This document shows, one piece after another, positions 1 through 13,068 of a stretch of 64,000 nucleotides of DNA. Where the stretch lies: positions 6,820,001-6,884,000 of the forward strand of contig NC_043011.1 of NCBI RefSeq assembly GCF_006345805.1. Direction: 5' to 3'. The notes below the pieces were generated by a model. The model was given only the letters and a program-made list of their open reading frames with translations, was not told the DNA's origin and ran no database searches. Made by a program: the position numbers and the translations under genes. How positions within the stretch are numbered: the stretch's first letter is position 1; each line of letters starts with the position of its first letter. The DNA is from Octopus sinensis. Lineage: Eukaryota.

Positions 1-627
1 TCTGAGTTTACTGTGCTACTATCCAGAAACAAAAATTTTAAACTTTTTTAAGCCATCATAGGCTTTTGTTTTGCCACGGCCCCAAGAGGGGGCGGAATTT
101 GAAACTGTATTTTTTGTTACCATGTTACAAAAGAAAAACCCCAATTCATCGCCCCAGGAAAGAAAGAAGACCCTAAAGTCTTAACTGAATACAACACTGA
201 AGACATGGATATGGACGAGATTGTTGTCAACCATCATCTCAGAGAATTTTTTCCCAAACACAGGGACTTAAATGAAAGATGTGCCTGTATAGGGGAAACC
301 TTATACAGTTCAGCAAAAAGAGTCCGACAGAATAAGTACTAGGTTTACAAAGAATAAGTCCTGGGGTCAATTTGTTTGACTAAAAGGTGGTGCTCCAGCA
401 TGGCTGCAGTCAAATGACTGAAACAAGTAAAAGAAATAAAGAATATATGATGACTAACGACTCATGAGTGAGGAAGACCATCGCTGACCATTAAGAACAT
501 TGTGCACTGAGAGGAATTTGTACTTTGCCCTTGTGGCTCATCTGGTGACTAATTAGCCCAGATCTTGATGGAGATACATGTCCACAGACGTTGTAGGCCA
601 AGCTTTGCCCATTCACTACATTGTAAG

Positions 628-1021
628 GAGAACTGCCTTGAACAGAATATGAATCTTGTCCATATTTTCACTGATTTAACCAATGCCTTCGATACTGTAA
701 ATACAGCCTCTCAGTAGAGAACACTCAGTAAACTTGGTTGCCTGAGTCACTTTGTATCAATAACTAAATCATTTCATGATGGGATAGAGGCATGAGTCAA
801 TGTTGGTGCAAATGAAGCGACATCCTTGACCCAACTCTCTTGGCCTTGTATTTTGCTGCTCCTCTCACTCATGCTTCTGCTGTGGATTGCTCTTCTGGAA
901 TATTCGTGAGGTACCAAACTTCTGCTCATCTCTTCAACTTGCAACAATTTACTACAAATTCAAAAGTTTTCACTCTCTAATTCGTAACCTTTATGCAGAT
1001 GATTGCGACTTAGTTGCTCAT
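628..1021 (+). mobile_element. Decayed RTE-clade LINE reverse transcriptase fragment
   Basis: Manual translation gives ENCLEQNMNLVHIFTDLTNAFDTVN (from 628), LSKLGCLSHFVSITKSFHDG and RNLYADDCDLVAH (to ~1021). These match RTE RT motifs (EKCREQ..L...F.DL.KAFD.V; FHDGM; (Y/F)ADD). Frameshifted. Confidence 0.75.
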
Positions 1022-1517
1022 TATATATATATATATATGTATACCCATGCTAGCATGGAGAACGGACGTTAAACGATGATGATGATGATATATATATATA
1101 TATATAATAATAATATTAGGGAATAAATCCAAACTTACAGGGAAAAATTAGATTTAGGATTAAATCCAATTTTATAGTATAAATATATTATATTATATCA
1201 TATTAAATTAGAGATAAAACCACTATTAGGCAAATCAAACAGTGAAAAATGTAAGCCAATACATAAAATTAATTTAAAAATATAAAAGTTAAAATTTTAA
1301 AAATTATTTAAATAATTTAAACTTATAAATTTTAAATATATATATACAAAAATATATATGTATATATATATATACATATATATATGTATATTTTATATTT
1401 ATATATTATTTTATTTATTAATTTATTTATTTATTATTTTTTTATATTTTTAAATTAATTTTATGTTTTTCACTGTTTGATTTGCCTAATAAGTGGTTTT
1501 ATCTCTAATTTAATATA

Positions 1518-1550
<33 letters not shown>

Positions 1551-1555
1551 TATAT

Positions 1556-1983
1556 ATTCGAGCATGATCATTACCAGTGTCACCTTACTGGCACTTGTGC
1601 CCAATTCTAGTGGGTGCTAAGAGCAACATCCGTGAGTGATCGTTGCCAGAGTGGCTAGCTGGCTTCCATGCCGGTGGCATGTAAGAGGCACCATTTGAGC
1701 GGGATCGTTACCAGCGTCGCCTTACTGGCACTTGTGCTGGTGGCACATCAAAAAACATTCGAGTGAGGTTGTTGCCAATACAGCCTGACTGGCCCTGTGC
1801 CGGTGGCACGTAAAAGCACCCACTACACTCTCAAAGTTGTTGGTGTTAGGAAGGGCATCCAGCTGTAGAAAGTCTGCCGGATCAGATTGGAGCCTGGTGC
1901 AGCCATCTGGTTCGCCAGTCCTCAGTCAAATCGTCCAACCCATGCTAGCATAGAAAGTGGATGTTAAACGATGATGATGATGA

Positions 1984-1986
<3 letters not shown>
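1556..1986 (+). mobile_element. Family E retroposon 3' end with (GAT)n tail
   Basis: Ends ...CATGCTAGCATAGAAAGTGGATGTTAAACGATGATGATG. The same 3'-anchored sequence recurs at ~1035-1090, 3510-3595, 42620-42925, 50880-51045, 59100-59370, 60150-60310, 62940-63175 and 63700-64000. Confidence 0.75.
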
Positions 1987-2024
<38 letters not shown>

Positions 2025-2034
2025 CATACACATA

Positions 2035-3221
2035 TTGGGTTGGCAACTATGTTCCCACCGCTTTTTTAAACTTTGGAATTTTTTGTATTTTTAAATTTTG
2101 GAATCTACTTTATTATTTTTTCCTAGTTAATTTTAGCTAATTTTTGTTCATTTTCAGATCTTTAAAATAGAATGTCAAGTCAAGAAAAACGAGCATTTTC
2201 GACACCTCCTCCTTTTTGCTTTTAATCAAGGTTCTAAGGCCGCAAAAGCTGCTTGCGGCATTTGTGCTGCATATGGAGGGGGTACCATAGCTGAAAGAAC
2301 CTCTCACAATTGGTATGCCAAGTTCAAAAATGGAAATTTTGACCTCAACGACGCACCTCGTTCTGGCCGTGCGGTTGAGTTCGATGATGAGCGATTAAAC
2401 CAACTTTTACACGAAAATTCTCGTCAAACAGTAAAGAAAATGGAATGCTTCCACACTGCTATAGAGAAGCATCTTCACTCGATGGGAAAGGTTCAGAAGT
2501 ATGGAACATGGGTTCCGCATGCTTTAAGTGACAACAACAAATATCAACGAGCCACAATCTCTGCTGGTTTGCTCGTTCGTTACCGCTCAACACATGGACA
2601 CAAGCAACGATTTCTTTACCGAATCGTTACTGGCGACAAAAAAATGGTGTCTGTACATCAATATGAAGCAGCGTAAGGAATGACTTAGCCCCAGTAAACA
2701 AGCGACACCGTACGTGAAACAAGATTATCATCTGTGTAAAACAATGTTGTGTGTATGGAGGGACTGGGAAGGGATTATCCATTACGAATTGCTTGAATGG
2801 AACCAAACGGTCAACACGGAACTCTATGTTCAACTGATGGAATTACTCAACACAACTATTCAAGGAAAAAGACCTAATCGGCAGCATAGAGTTCTTCTGC
2901 TGCGCGACAACTCTTGCCCTCATATCGCCAATATGACCAAGGAAGCCATTCAAACACATGGCTGGGAAGTGCTGCCACACCCGCCATACTCTCCTGATTT
3001 GGCACCAACGGATTTCCACCTATTTCGATCTCTTTCAAATGCTATGCACAGAGTTTCATTCAATACTGATTCAGAATTGAGAGCTTGGTTGGATCAATTT
3101 TTCGAGTCGAAATCGGGTAATTTCTACCAACGAGGTATTGAAAATCTTGTTGAACGTTGGGAAGAAGTTGTAAACAACAAGGGTGAATACATTATTGACT
3201 AAAACTTAGTTGCCAACACAA
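2035..3221 (+). mobile_element. Mariner (DD34D) DNA transposon, full length but inactivated
   Basis: TIRs TTGGGTTGGCAACTA / TAGTTGCCAACACAA with TA on both flanks. The transposase frame runs from 2167 (probable start codon now ATA). It contains PRSGR, WVPHAL, IVTGD, RDNSCPH and YSPDLAPTDFHLF, with 34 residues between the 2nd and 3rd catalytic D. Frameshift near 2641 plus a stop. Confidence 0.95.
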
Positions 3222-4236
3222 TATATATACATATACATATATATTTATATGCCTTTCATCCTTTCGGGGTCGATAAATTAAATACCAGTTATACACTGGG
3301 GTCGATGTAATCGACTTAATCCGTTTGTCTGTCCTTGTTTGTCCCCATTGCATTTAGCCCCTTGTGGGTAGTAAAGAAATATATATATATACACACACAC
3401 ACATACATAAATACATACATGCACACACACATATATACATACATATACACATAGATATACATATGCATGCACAAATATAAACGTGTATTTGCACTTATAT
3501 GCATCACTATGATCATCATCATAGTTTAACGTCCGCCTTCCATGTTGGCATGGGTTGGACGGTTTGACAGGAGTTGGCCAAACAGAAACCTGCAACAGAC
3601 TCTTCACTACATACATAATCCTGACCGATATTGAAATATAGCAAATCATTTTCTGCTTTGAAAACTTCAGTCATCCTTTTGCAGTTCGATCAATTACAGT
3701 AATGTTTGCACTGCGTCAACAATAAAAAATGTGTTTGAAAAAAAAAAGCCATCAGCTCTCTCAAATGTATAATTTAGAGCAATTGAGTTTTTTTGGGGTT
3801 TTTTAAAATTTATTTATTATAGGACAGCAGATGTACTAAATAAAATACTACAGAATACAACAAATGGTCCGAGGAAAATTTAAAGCGAGAGGGCGAAGAA
3901 GACGGTTATATTGGCTGTTTTGGGTGGAATTTTGTAGAAGAAAAACTGTAAGCAAGCAAACCATAAAACTAAGAACCCTCACGGAGCTGGACGGTTAGAC
4001 ACTAAATCACTAAATAATCGATTTAAGTAAAACTATTAATGGGGACTCATACACAAACATATGTATACAGACATACACAAATATGCGTTTTATATACGTG
4101 TATATATATGTTTAAGATCGCCTGTTTATATACGTGTGTGTTAGGTTTTGTTATAATAAATTGTTAAAATAGTCCGATCATGGCTTAGCTGACCGAAACT
4201 TCGAAATCACTGTCAATATTATTCTTTTCAAATAAT

Positions 4237-4309
<73 letters not shown>

Positions 4310-4313
4310 GGCC

Positions 4314-4376
4314 GGATAACTGAAGAGATGGTGGTGTGGATTTCCACCTCGGCATCCGAAACTCAGAGTTTTGTCT
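4314..4376 (+). ncRNA. Type I hammerhead ribozyme motif (HHR family 4)
   Basis: GGATAA-CTGAAGA-[GATG..GGTGG/CCACC..CATC C]-GAAA-CT-CAG-AG-T-T-TTGTCT. Stem I GGATAA/TTGTCT has 6 bp including G-U pairs; stem III has 3 bp; the triplet is GUU; stem II is imperfect at its base. Confidence 0.55.
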
Positions 4377-4487
4377 TGGCTACCGAATAATTGTCACATA
4401 TTACATTTACAGATAAATTCCTCTATTCACATAATATTGAGGTCTCTTTCTTTCTTTTGTTATCTTACCGTTTTTACCAATATATAT

Positions 4488-4780
<293 letters not shown>

Positions 4781-5749
4781 TACATATATACATACATACA
4801 CACACACGACTCCCTTAGACACATCTAAACGCACACACGCGCACATACACGTATACGCAGAGGATTGCACGGAGCAGTTCTGTTCCATACTCACCGATTT
4901 AAATTGGAGCGCTACAGAATAATATGTTAGCAACGAGAGGCTGAAAGCTTTTCACACTCTTCTTATTCGGTGCTGTCAATCTTCTTCGTTATCAATGTTC
5001 AACACAAGGTCGACCAACACTTGAATCATCCACTATAGTAATTAATATCATTAATATGATTATTATGTCTATTTAGATGCGTTTTGTGTTGTTGCTGTTG
5101 TTGTTATGTGAGAATTCCGACCAAAGCCAGAGTCCATATGTGAAACAACGTGATGAATCAATTTCTATCGTTAGAGAGCGTCACTGGGAAAAAAGTCGTT
5201 AGAATTATCTCCCTTCAATATTCGCGAAGGCAGTTTTTTTCACTTTTGACCTCCCTTTTGCTTTAGATTCTGGTTTAAAAAAAAAAAGTATTTCGCTTTA
5301 TAGAAACTTCCACAACTTTTAGGCAATGTATGAATATCACAACGTCTTATTTTCCTGCTAGGAATAGAGATGTTGTATCTTGTACAGTTAATATGTTTTA
5401 CTATGTTTAGACGCTGTTTCTAGGTTGCAACCGGGCGCAAGGGACAGATTCCTGGTTCTTCGTCCGCTCACGTTCTTTGTGTACTGATATTGATGTACAG
5501 ATATTTCTGTTGGATATCAACCGCATTGGCCTAATTCATCTCACCCTTTAGGCCAGATAGCGTGCTTTAAATGCAACGCAGACATCTCAAATGATATATA
5601 TACACACTCATACATACATACATACATACATACATACATACATACATACATACACAAACACACACACACACACATATATAAAAATGATTTCGGGAATGTT
5701 CTTGTCTGGGGAGTGATTTCATCTGAGATGATACGTTGAAGCTAAAAAA

Positions 5750-5980
5750 GGCGGCGAGCTGGCAGAAACGTTAGCACGCCGGGCGAAATGCGTAGCCGTA
5801 TTTCGTCAGCCGTTACGTTCTGAGTTCAAATTCCGCCGAGGTCGACTTTGCCTTTCATCCTTTCGGGGTCGATAAATTTAGTAACAGTCACGCACTGGGG
5901 TCGATGTAATCGACTTAATCCGTTTGTCTGTCCTTGTTTGTCCCCTCTATGTTTAGCCCCTTGTGGGTTATAAAGAAACA
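5750..5980 (+). mobile_element. tRNA-like SINE, family B (tail-1 type), with 18-bp TSD
   Basis: Head GGCGGCGAGCTGGCAGAAACGTTAGC, B-box-like GAGTTCAAATTCC, tail ...GCCCCTTGTGGGTTATAAAGAAA. Flanked by the direct repeat GATACGTTGAAGCTAAAA at 5730-5747 and 5981-5998. Confidence 0.9.
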
Positions 5981-6947
5981 GATACGTTGAAGCTAAAACA
6001 ATAAATGACTAATATTTGTCTTCCTCGCAGTAATTGTTGAATTTAAATCGAACAAAAACGAAATTTACTCAGTGTTATATTATCCATATTTTCGTATTAT
6101 CTCCCGTTCAGTATTTCTGGTTTTTGATATTTGACTCGGTTCGTGATGCCTACATTAAAATTCTAAAAGGACTTCTATAACAAAATTTTATTCGAAATAG
6201 ATTCATGATCATTTCGTTTTGGGATTTGGTTCGCAAGATTCTTTATATGAGTTTGTGTGTTGAAACATATTCTGTTGTGTCTGGGGAGAGTTACTTTCTT
6301 TTTGTGCCTTATAATCTAAGGTACAAAAAGAAAATGACTCTCTCCATACACAACAGATTCATGATCAGTTCCACTTCTACTCGCTGATGGCAACATGTGC
6401 AACTCATTCTAATTTAAACATCTTTCATTTGTTTAAAAATTGCACCTCACGTGAATTAAAATTTCTCTAGCAGTCACGTTTCTACTGTAAACTGCCATCG
6501 CCCTTTTGTAAGCTCCAAACGTTTTTAGGATAGGGTACAGCCCAAACTAAGAACACGAACACAGCAAATTACTCACGAAGAATTAAGTAGCAGTGGTCTG
6601 TGACTGACGTAAAATACAAACAAAAGACAATTATGACAACAGTCTTAGCTAGAACTTACAATATTATCCTATCCATCAAAATTATTTAATTTAATTTTCA
6701 GAGTTGTCTTTCCCTGCCTTTCTTCACCGGAAACAATAATTATATTTACAGAGATGTACTTGCATAGCAAGTGACCTGATCTGAGATCGTGTACTGGAAC
6801 GAAAACAATTGCAGCGTGGAAGGTGTTTATATTACTACATTACTCTTTAGTTTTCTCTCCTCGATACAGGAGTGGCTCTACTTAAAATTTCTTATTAAGA
6901 CTCGGCAGCATAAAATATCTTAACCCTAGCTTTACTCTCTATGAATG

Positions 6948-6996
<49 letters not shown>

Positions 6997-7030
6997 CTAT
7001 CCACTCACACACACACACACATTAAAATTC

Positions 7031-7822
7031 GGATCTTTTCGATTTGAACGGCAGTTTTTAACATAATTTCTAGGTAACTAAAAAATTTTTAACTTCGTAT
7101 ACTGGTAGAATGTGTTTATGAAACATCTTTTTCTCTTGGCTTTCTTGAGAAAATTTTATAGTTTGTAACATATTTGTTGTTTTTCTTCTGCAATTTCAAA
7201 TAATCAATGACGTCTATTGAGTTGAAAACATTCTGTGCCGTAAGAATATTCCCTCGTTTAAGAAACAGATTGGGTTTATTTACATTTGTGAAGAAAAAAA
7301 GATACCCTTCCCTCACCCCTAACCCTAACCAGCCCTAAATCTAAAATAGATTGAAATGCAATAGATCGATACTAGGGTCATAATTATGGGTGACAATTTC
7401 ATATGACACCGCTAGAAAAAACTGCCATTTTCTCTAGCGGTGTCATGAATTTGACACCCATAATTATGACCCTAGTATCGATCTATTGCATTTCAATCTA
7501 TTTTAGATTTAGGGTTGGTTAGGGGTGGGGGAAGGGTATCTTTTTTTCTTCACAAATGTAAATGAACCCAATCTGTTTCTTAAACGAGAGACATATTCAT
7601 ACGGCACAGAATGCTTTTTAATTCAATAGACGGTCATTGATTGGTTACAATTGCCGAAATGCAAGAAATTAAAGACGAAATATGTTACAAACTACAGAAT
7701 TTTCTCAAGAAAGCCAAGAGAAAAAGATGTTTTATAAACACATTCTACCAGTATACGAAGTTTAAAATTTTTTAGTTACCTAGAAATTATGTTAAAAACT
7801 GCTGTTCAAACCGAAAAAATCC
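7031..7822. mobile_element. Foldback (fully palindromic) non-autonomous DNA transposon with 8-bp TSD
   Basis: Arms of ~390 bp are near-perfect reverse complements around a loop at ~7421-7427. TSD TAAAATTC at 7023-7030 and 7823-7830. Confidence 0.85.
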
Positions 7823-7889
7823 TAAAATTCTTTTACTTGTTTCAGCCATTTGACTGCGGCCTTGCTGGAGCACTACCTTCAGTCGAACA

Positions 7890-8849
7890 AATCGAGGCAA
7901 GACTTTCGCCCATCTCCATCCCCAAAGAAACAACCTTAAATTTTTTTTCGGCACAATATGGGAAGAAGGACTTCAAAAATAAGAGTGGAGGGAATTCCAC
8001 CGGAAATTGATCTGGCTTGGGTCGTGGCGGCTGTTTTCCTGGGAAGTGAAGAAGAAGTAGCCGTCCTCCAAGCCACAAAAACAGACAAACGGTAAACCTG
8101 ATTGTACAGGCGACGAGTTGAGACACTTGAAAATCTAGCTGAGACGGTGTCAATCGGAGATCTGATGTTAAAAGTGTGGGTGGAGGGCAGGACTCCTCGT
8201 TGCTTTAAATGTGGCCACAAAGCAAAGGCCACATTAGAGCACACGGTCCTCTGCAAAAGCAGACAACGGAAAGGACTCCGGAAAAGAAGCAAGAGGAAGA
8301 AAAGGAAAGAGAGGAAGAAAGAGTGGAAGAATGGAAAACTACAGAAGGAAAAATGAAGAAGAGAAAAAGGAACAGGGTAATATAGAACCCCAAACCTTAC
8401 CAACCCACAAACACCGAACCCACCCATTCCCCTCCTACACAAGCAAAAATAAAAGAAACAAAGTGACAAGTTGAAAGTCGGCAAAATTTGTTAGTACAGA
8501 AAAATATCAGAAATCATTAGGGTTTGTGCTGATGTTGCAAAAACAGATGAGGGAGGTAAAGAAACACAGAAAGGGTGTCAAATCATGGAAAATAAACGCA
8601 GACATTGGGAAAATACCAGACAATATAGAATGTGAGGTACTTTTGGAGAAATATGGTATAGACGTAATAAAAGGACTCCCAAAGAAGTGATGCTGCTCGA
8701 GGTGGTGGGGAAGCTCGTTTCCATTTTCTCATTTCATATTTCATTCATATCATATTCATAATCTTAGTTAAATTTATTTTTGTGTTATATGTCCCCACAT
8801 GTGTTTGTTTTGTCTCCTCTCTTTTGGCCCCTTGTGGGCAATAAAGAAA
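7890..8849 (+). mobile_element. L1/Tx1-like LINE derivative: decayed ORF1 followed directly by a 3' tail
   Basis: MGRRTSKIRVEGIPPEIDLAWVVAAV (7958), VWVEGRTPRCFKCGHK (partial zinc knuckle), a basic region, then LEKYGIDVIKGLPKK* (stop ends at 8690). The tail GGCCCCTTGTGGGCAATAAAGAAA ends at 8849. Confidence 0.6.
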
Positions 8850-9713
8850 CGAAGCGTCGCGTAGAGCGAGTTGAGTTGATTTAGTTTGGCGATAGCGTTG
8901 TCGTTGCGAGTTGTTGTTGTTGCGAGAGTTGTTGTACTTGGATTTTTGATTATTGTTATTTGTTGAAATTTTGAGATTTGTTAATTGTTGCCGACTGTTT
9001 CTTCCCCATTTTGGGGTGAAGACATGGAAACTGGTCCAATGGAGGAACGACCAACAAGCAGTTACGCTGAGGTGGCAGGCAAGAGCCTGCCAGCCGACGT
9101 TCTGCAATTGAATGAATTAATGTTGAAGCAAAAGGATTTTAAAAAGTACAAAGAATTATTTTAAAAAGTGGGAGACTGCCCCAGGATGATACTTCCGGTA
9201 GAAGCGATGGAAAGAGCAGAAAGAAAAATAATTACATACAGAACTCTGAAGTTAGAAACGAAAAGAGTGTAGGTAGCGGAGGTAGATGCCATTGAGGGAT
9301 GCCTGCGCGGAGTGAAGGGAGTAACGACGTTTTATACCCGAAGAAGGAAATACGGCACGATGGAGGTTCGCTGCGTGAACGAGGATGAAGCGAAAAAGTA
9401 ATCCACTGTGCCGTTGAGATCAGCCAGGGGGATACTTTTGCCAACCTATCGTGGTAAAAGAGCGACGAGAGTACGGATAGGGAGAGTGCCGCCCGACATA
9501 GATGAGGAGTGGCTGGTGGCAGCCATCCTGCTTAACTGTGAGAACGAGACCGAGATTATGAAGGTGGCAAAGTCGGCAGAGGTAAACTGGTGGGGATATG
9601 GATTGGAAATTATGGTCCATATGACGCTGCCAGACCTGCACATGATAGAGGAGTTGGTGCTCCCCGATGACACCCGGTTGAGAATCGTGGTGGCGGGAAA
9701 ATGGTTGAGTTGA
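8850..9713 (+). mobile_element. 5' UTR and N-terminal ORF1 of a related L1/Tx1-like LINE (3' part missing)
   Basis: GT-rich leader, then METGPMEERPTSSYAEVAGK and RGKRATRVRIGRVPPDIDEEWLVAAI, which aligns with the ORF1 at 7958. Confidence 0.6.
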
Positions 9714-10489
9714 ACGAGTTCCTTAATATAGATGTGGGAATTTTATAGAGCTTAGAAAAGCTAAATTTATACTTGAAGGAACCGAATGTTAATACAAAAA
9801 AAAAAGATAATATTGTAATATCTGCAATACAGATTTCATCTATTAATAGCATTATTGGATAAAAGGATAAAATTGCTTTCTGACTAGCTTTACTCCAGCC
9901 CCTAAACTTTAATTGGGTTTCGTTTCACAAGTCATCATTCCCCAGAGTTAGTATTTAGAGCCAGGTTCAAGAACATTAGCCAAACAAAGCAATTCTCTAA
10001 AGTTACATTATAAAAATGTATACGATAAACTTAAACAGACCCATTTAGTGTCCCTTAAAAGTGTGTGCCCAACACTATGAAGTTATAGGTAATCAAACAT
10101 CCTCTAATGTCACAGATTTAAATGGAGAAGCGGAATGAAGCATCATGGGAAAGGAACTGCAAACAAACTCCTTTTAGCAGCAAGACATCACAGTCAGACT
10201 CCGTAAAATCAGAAGGGATTCCAATCACAACCAAAGCATGACCTGGGGCTGGGGATCAGTATAAGAAATTATGCAGCGTTTCATGCACGTATTATGTGCA
10301 ACTCTATAGCAACTGGTACAATTGATTGAGAGATTCTTCAGAAGAGAGGCAACGGTCAGTTTATGGTTAAACAATGGAACTGAGCAATCTAACATTGCAA
10401 AACCAAAAAAAAGGCCTCAACAGATGAGCCGCAGACAAAGCTTGTGAAAGCCACGATTTCTGCTTCGAAGTGAAGATGGGATGGATAAA

Positions 10490-11260
10490 AAGATTCAGTA
10501 AATTTATTCGGCACAGAGTGGATGGAACTGTTCAAATTGTGGAATACGCCCATAAGTGTTTTTTGCGTGGGAATATAGTTCAGTTGAAAGTTCGAATGCA
10601 GCTGAGGAATTGATATGAAAAGAAACATTCCCAGATGTTTTTTTTTTTCCATGAACTGGGCAAATGAAGGCAAAAATAGTAAAAGTTCAACGCCTGTATT
10701 TAAGCCAAAACGTAACTTGCCACTTGCAGCACGAGAACAGATAAATAAGGAACTTGAACAATTCGAAAGCTTAGGAATAATCAAGACGGGAGGCGCAATG
10801 GCCTAGTGGTTAGGGCAGCGGACTCGCGGTCATAGGATCGCGGTTTCGATTTCCAGGCCGGGCGTTGTGAGTGTTTATTGAGCGAAAACACCTAAAGCTC
10901 CACGGGGCTCCGGCAGGGATGGTGGTGATCCTTGCTGTACTCTTTCACCACAACTTTCTCTCACTCTTACTTCCTGTTTCTGTTGTACCTGTATTTCAAA
11001 GGGCCGGCCTTGTCACTCTCTGTGTCACGCTGAATATCCCCGAGAACTACGTTAAGGTTACACGTGTCTGTGGAGTGCTCAGCCACTTACACGTTAATTT
11101 CACGAGCAGGCTGTTCCGTTGATCGGATCAACCGGAACCCTCGTCGTCGTAACCGACGGAGTGCTTCCATCCAATCAAGACGGACCATTCAGATTGGTCA
11201 GTACCTACAATCTGCATAAGTTACGAGTTTGTACAGATTTTTCAACTCCCTATTGCTGTG
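10490..11260 (+). mobile_element. Decayed Ty3/Gypsy pol fragment (protease-RT junction), interrupted by a SINE
   Basis: LFGTEWMELFKLW; TPVFKPKRNLPLAAREQINKELEQFESLGIIK. After removing the SINE and one TSD the frame continues TDHSDWSVPTI, then KLRVCTDFST, matching Gypsy RT N-terminal motifs. Confidence 0.8.
10789..11172 (+). mobile_element. tRNA(Arg)-like SINE, family C tail-1, full length with TSD
   Basis: Head GGAGGCGCAATGGCCTAGTGGTTAGGGCAGCGGACTCGCGGTC...GGTTTCGATT (A/B boxes, TCG anticodon-like loop). TSD AATCAAGAC at 10779-10787 and 11173-11181. Confidence 0.9.
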
Positions 11261-12155
11261 TCCCAAGGAATTGTTGGCAGACATGGAATGATAAAGTACC
11301 AAACTTTGGTAGAGTTTAGGATTTTTATGAAAGAAATAATTCCACATGCATCCTATAACAACCACCTCGGGATTCATGCCTTAAAGAACTCCGAATTAAA
11401 GAACTCCGCATAACTGGATTATATCTATGCTGCACTTATTGCATGTCAGGAGTTGGAAGGCAGGGGGGGGTGAAATTTCAGAAATACCAGCTTCTAAAAG
11501 AATTAGAGATTTGCGAAACCATTACAGAATAATTTTATATTACGTGACCGTGCACGTGGGTAGGGGTATAAAATTACATAATTTCTCACAACATGAACCC
11601 TGATTAATCGGACAAATTTTTGACCAATTTTTGTTCAGCTTAAAAAGTCTTCACTATCTCCAGAATATCAGATCATATTAAGGACTGGTCTTGGGGAAAA
11701 CATTTTCCAACTTGGTAATATAAATTGCGTAGAATTTAGTAACTTCTTCAGGGAAAACACTCAGAATGCTCAATAGACAAACATTGATGTTCTAATGATT
11801 CCAAATTTAAGAAAACTGTGCTTGTGAAGTTCTGGGGAAAGGGGTCAGCACCTAACCATTGTTTAAGAACCGTCTTCAGATTACAAAGATTTTAAAACTG
11901 GAATCAACATCAGCTGCTATATTTGGCAAAAGAGACTATTCCAGTATAGACATACGTGAATGAACAAGAGCTGGATGAAAAGCAACATGCTGGCAGTGAA
12001 AGGTACCATTAATCAAAGACCAGTTCTTAGAATTGTGGAACAGTCAACATTATAAGCAGGGGATATCTACTGCAGATTCCTCCAACCTATCTCAACAGAT
12101 TCTAACTAATTCAAAATTTGCCAAGGCCATTTATGAAGTGGGAACGAGAAAGTAT

Positions 12156-12246
12156 TAGATATCAAGGGTCAAAGACTAGACATTAAGGGTCAAGACTAGA
12201 CATCAAGGGTCAAAGACTAGACATCAAGGGTCAAAGACTAGACAGA
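12156..12246. repeat. 21-bp minisatellite, ~4.3 copies
   Basis: Unit TAGACATCAAGGGTCAAAGAC. Confidence 0.9.
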
Positions 12247-13068
12247 GTTACACATAGTTCCATAAATTCGAAGATTTATCAAAGAAAAATTCTTTTTACC
12301 AGCAAAAAAGTGCCTTCAGAAATGGGCCCGTTAAATAAATCCCTTATACAGCCAGTCGTTTTACAGGCCCTACAAAAGAACAAAAAAGGTGAAGCTTACA
12401 CTCCCAGGAGCTAATAAAAGAAAACGTATTTTAATATCTGATACAGATCATAGTAAATAATTGCTTTTCGGATAAGCTAAAATGGTTTCATGCTTACCTT
12501 TTGCTGTTGCCTACAACAGATATGTAGAAATGCCCTGCATAAGATTTTTTTTCTTTAGAAAATACCAAAATCAAAATGGTTTTAGCTTTCAAATGTTTTC
12601 GAAGTGCCTAACATGTGAATCTCCTACTGAAACATAATTCCTGCAGGTTCTATACATCTCTTCGACTTGTAGCTCCCAACAGATCCCACATCTGACGATT
12701 GAGCCCTTACTCTTCCCTCTGATTTGGTTCTGGCCTGCTGCAGGGTTACATTCTGCTCTCCCAAAACTCTCCCTGCTAAACGGCAATGCCAGTTTATAGA
12801 AGGTTAAGCAGATGGGACAGTTCCTATAAGGAGAGTTTCTAACTACTCCCAGAAAAACCAGCAAAATTGCAAAGTGAACGGCGACCATTTAGAACGTGGT
12901 CCATCGAGTTAGTAAGAGAAGTACTTAAAGCCTTCATTGAACCACCCCTGAGCAGACTTTACTGCTTTATCAACTCCACTCCACTTGAAAGTGAGGGTGG
13001 GAAGAGACGGAACCTATTTGACAATCTTTCTGCAGTTATTTCAGCAGAATTTTAACATTTTAACAATA

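Noticed and set aside
4185-4235. CTGACCGA..GAAATCACTGTC hammerhead-like string
   Set aside because: The core has an extra base, there is no stem II, and stem I cannot pair.
12589-13055. ORFs with CPICL/CGIC (possible RING) and an opposite-strand 62-aa ORF
   Set aside because: Cys spacing does not fit RING or other zinc fingers, there are no clear splice sites, and I recognise no homology.
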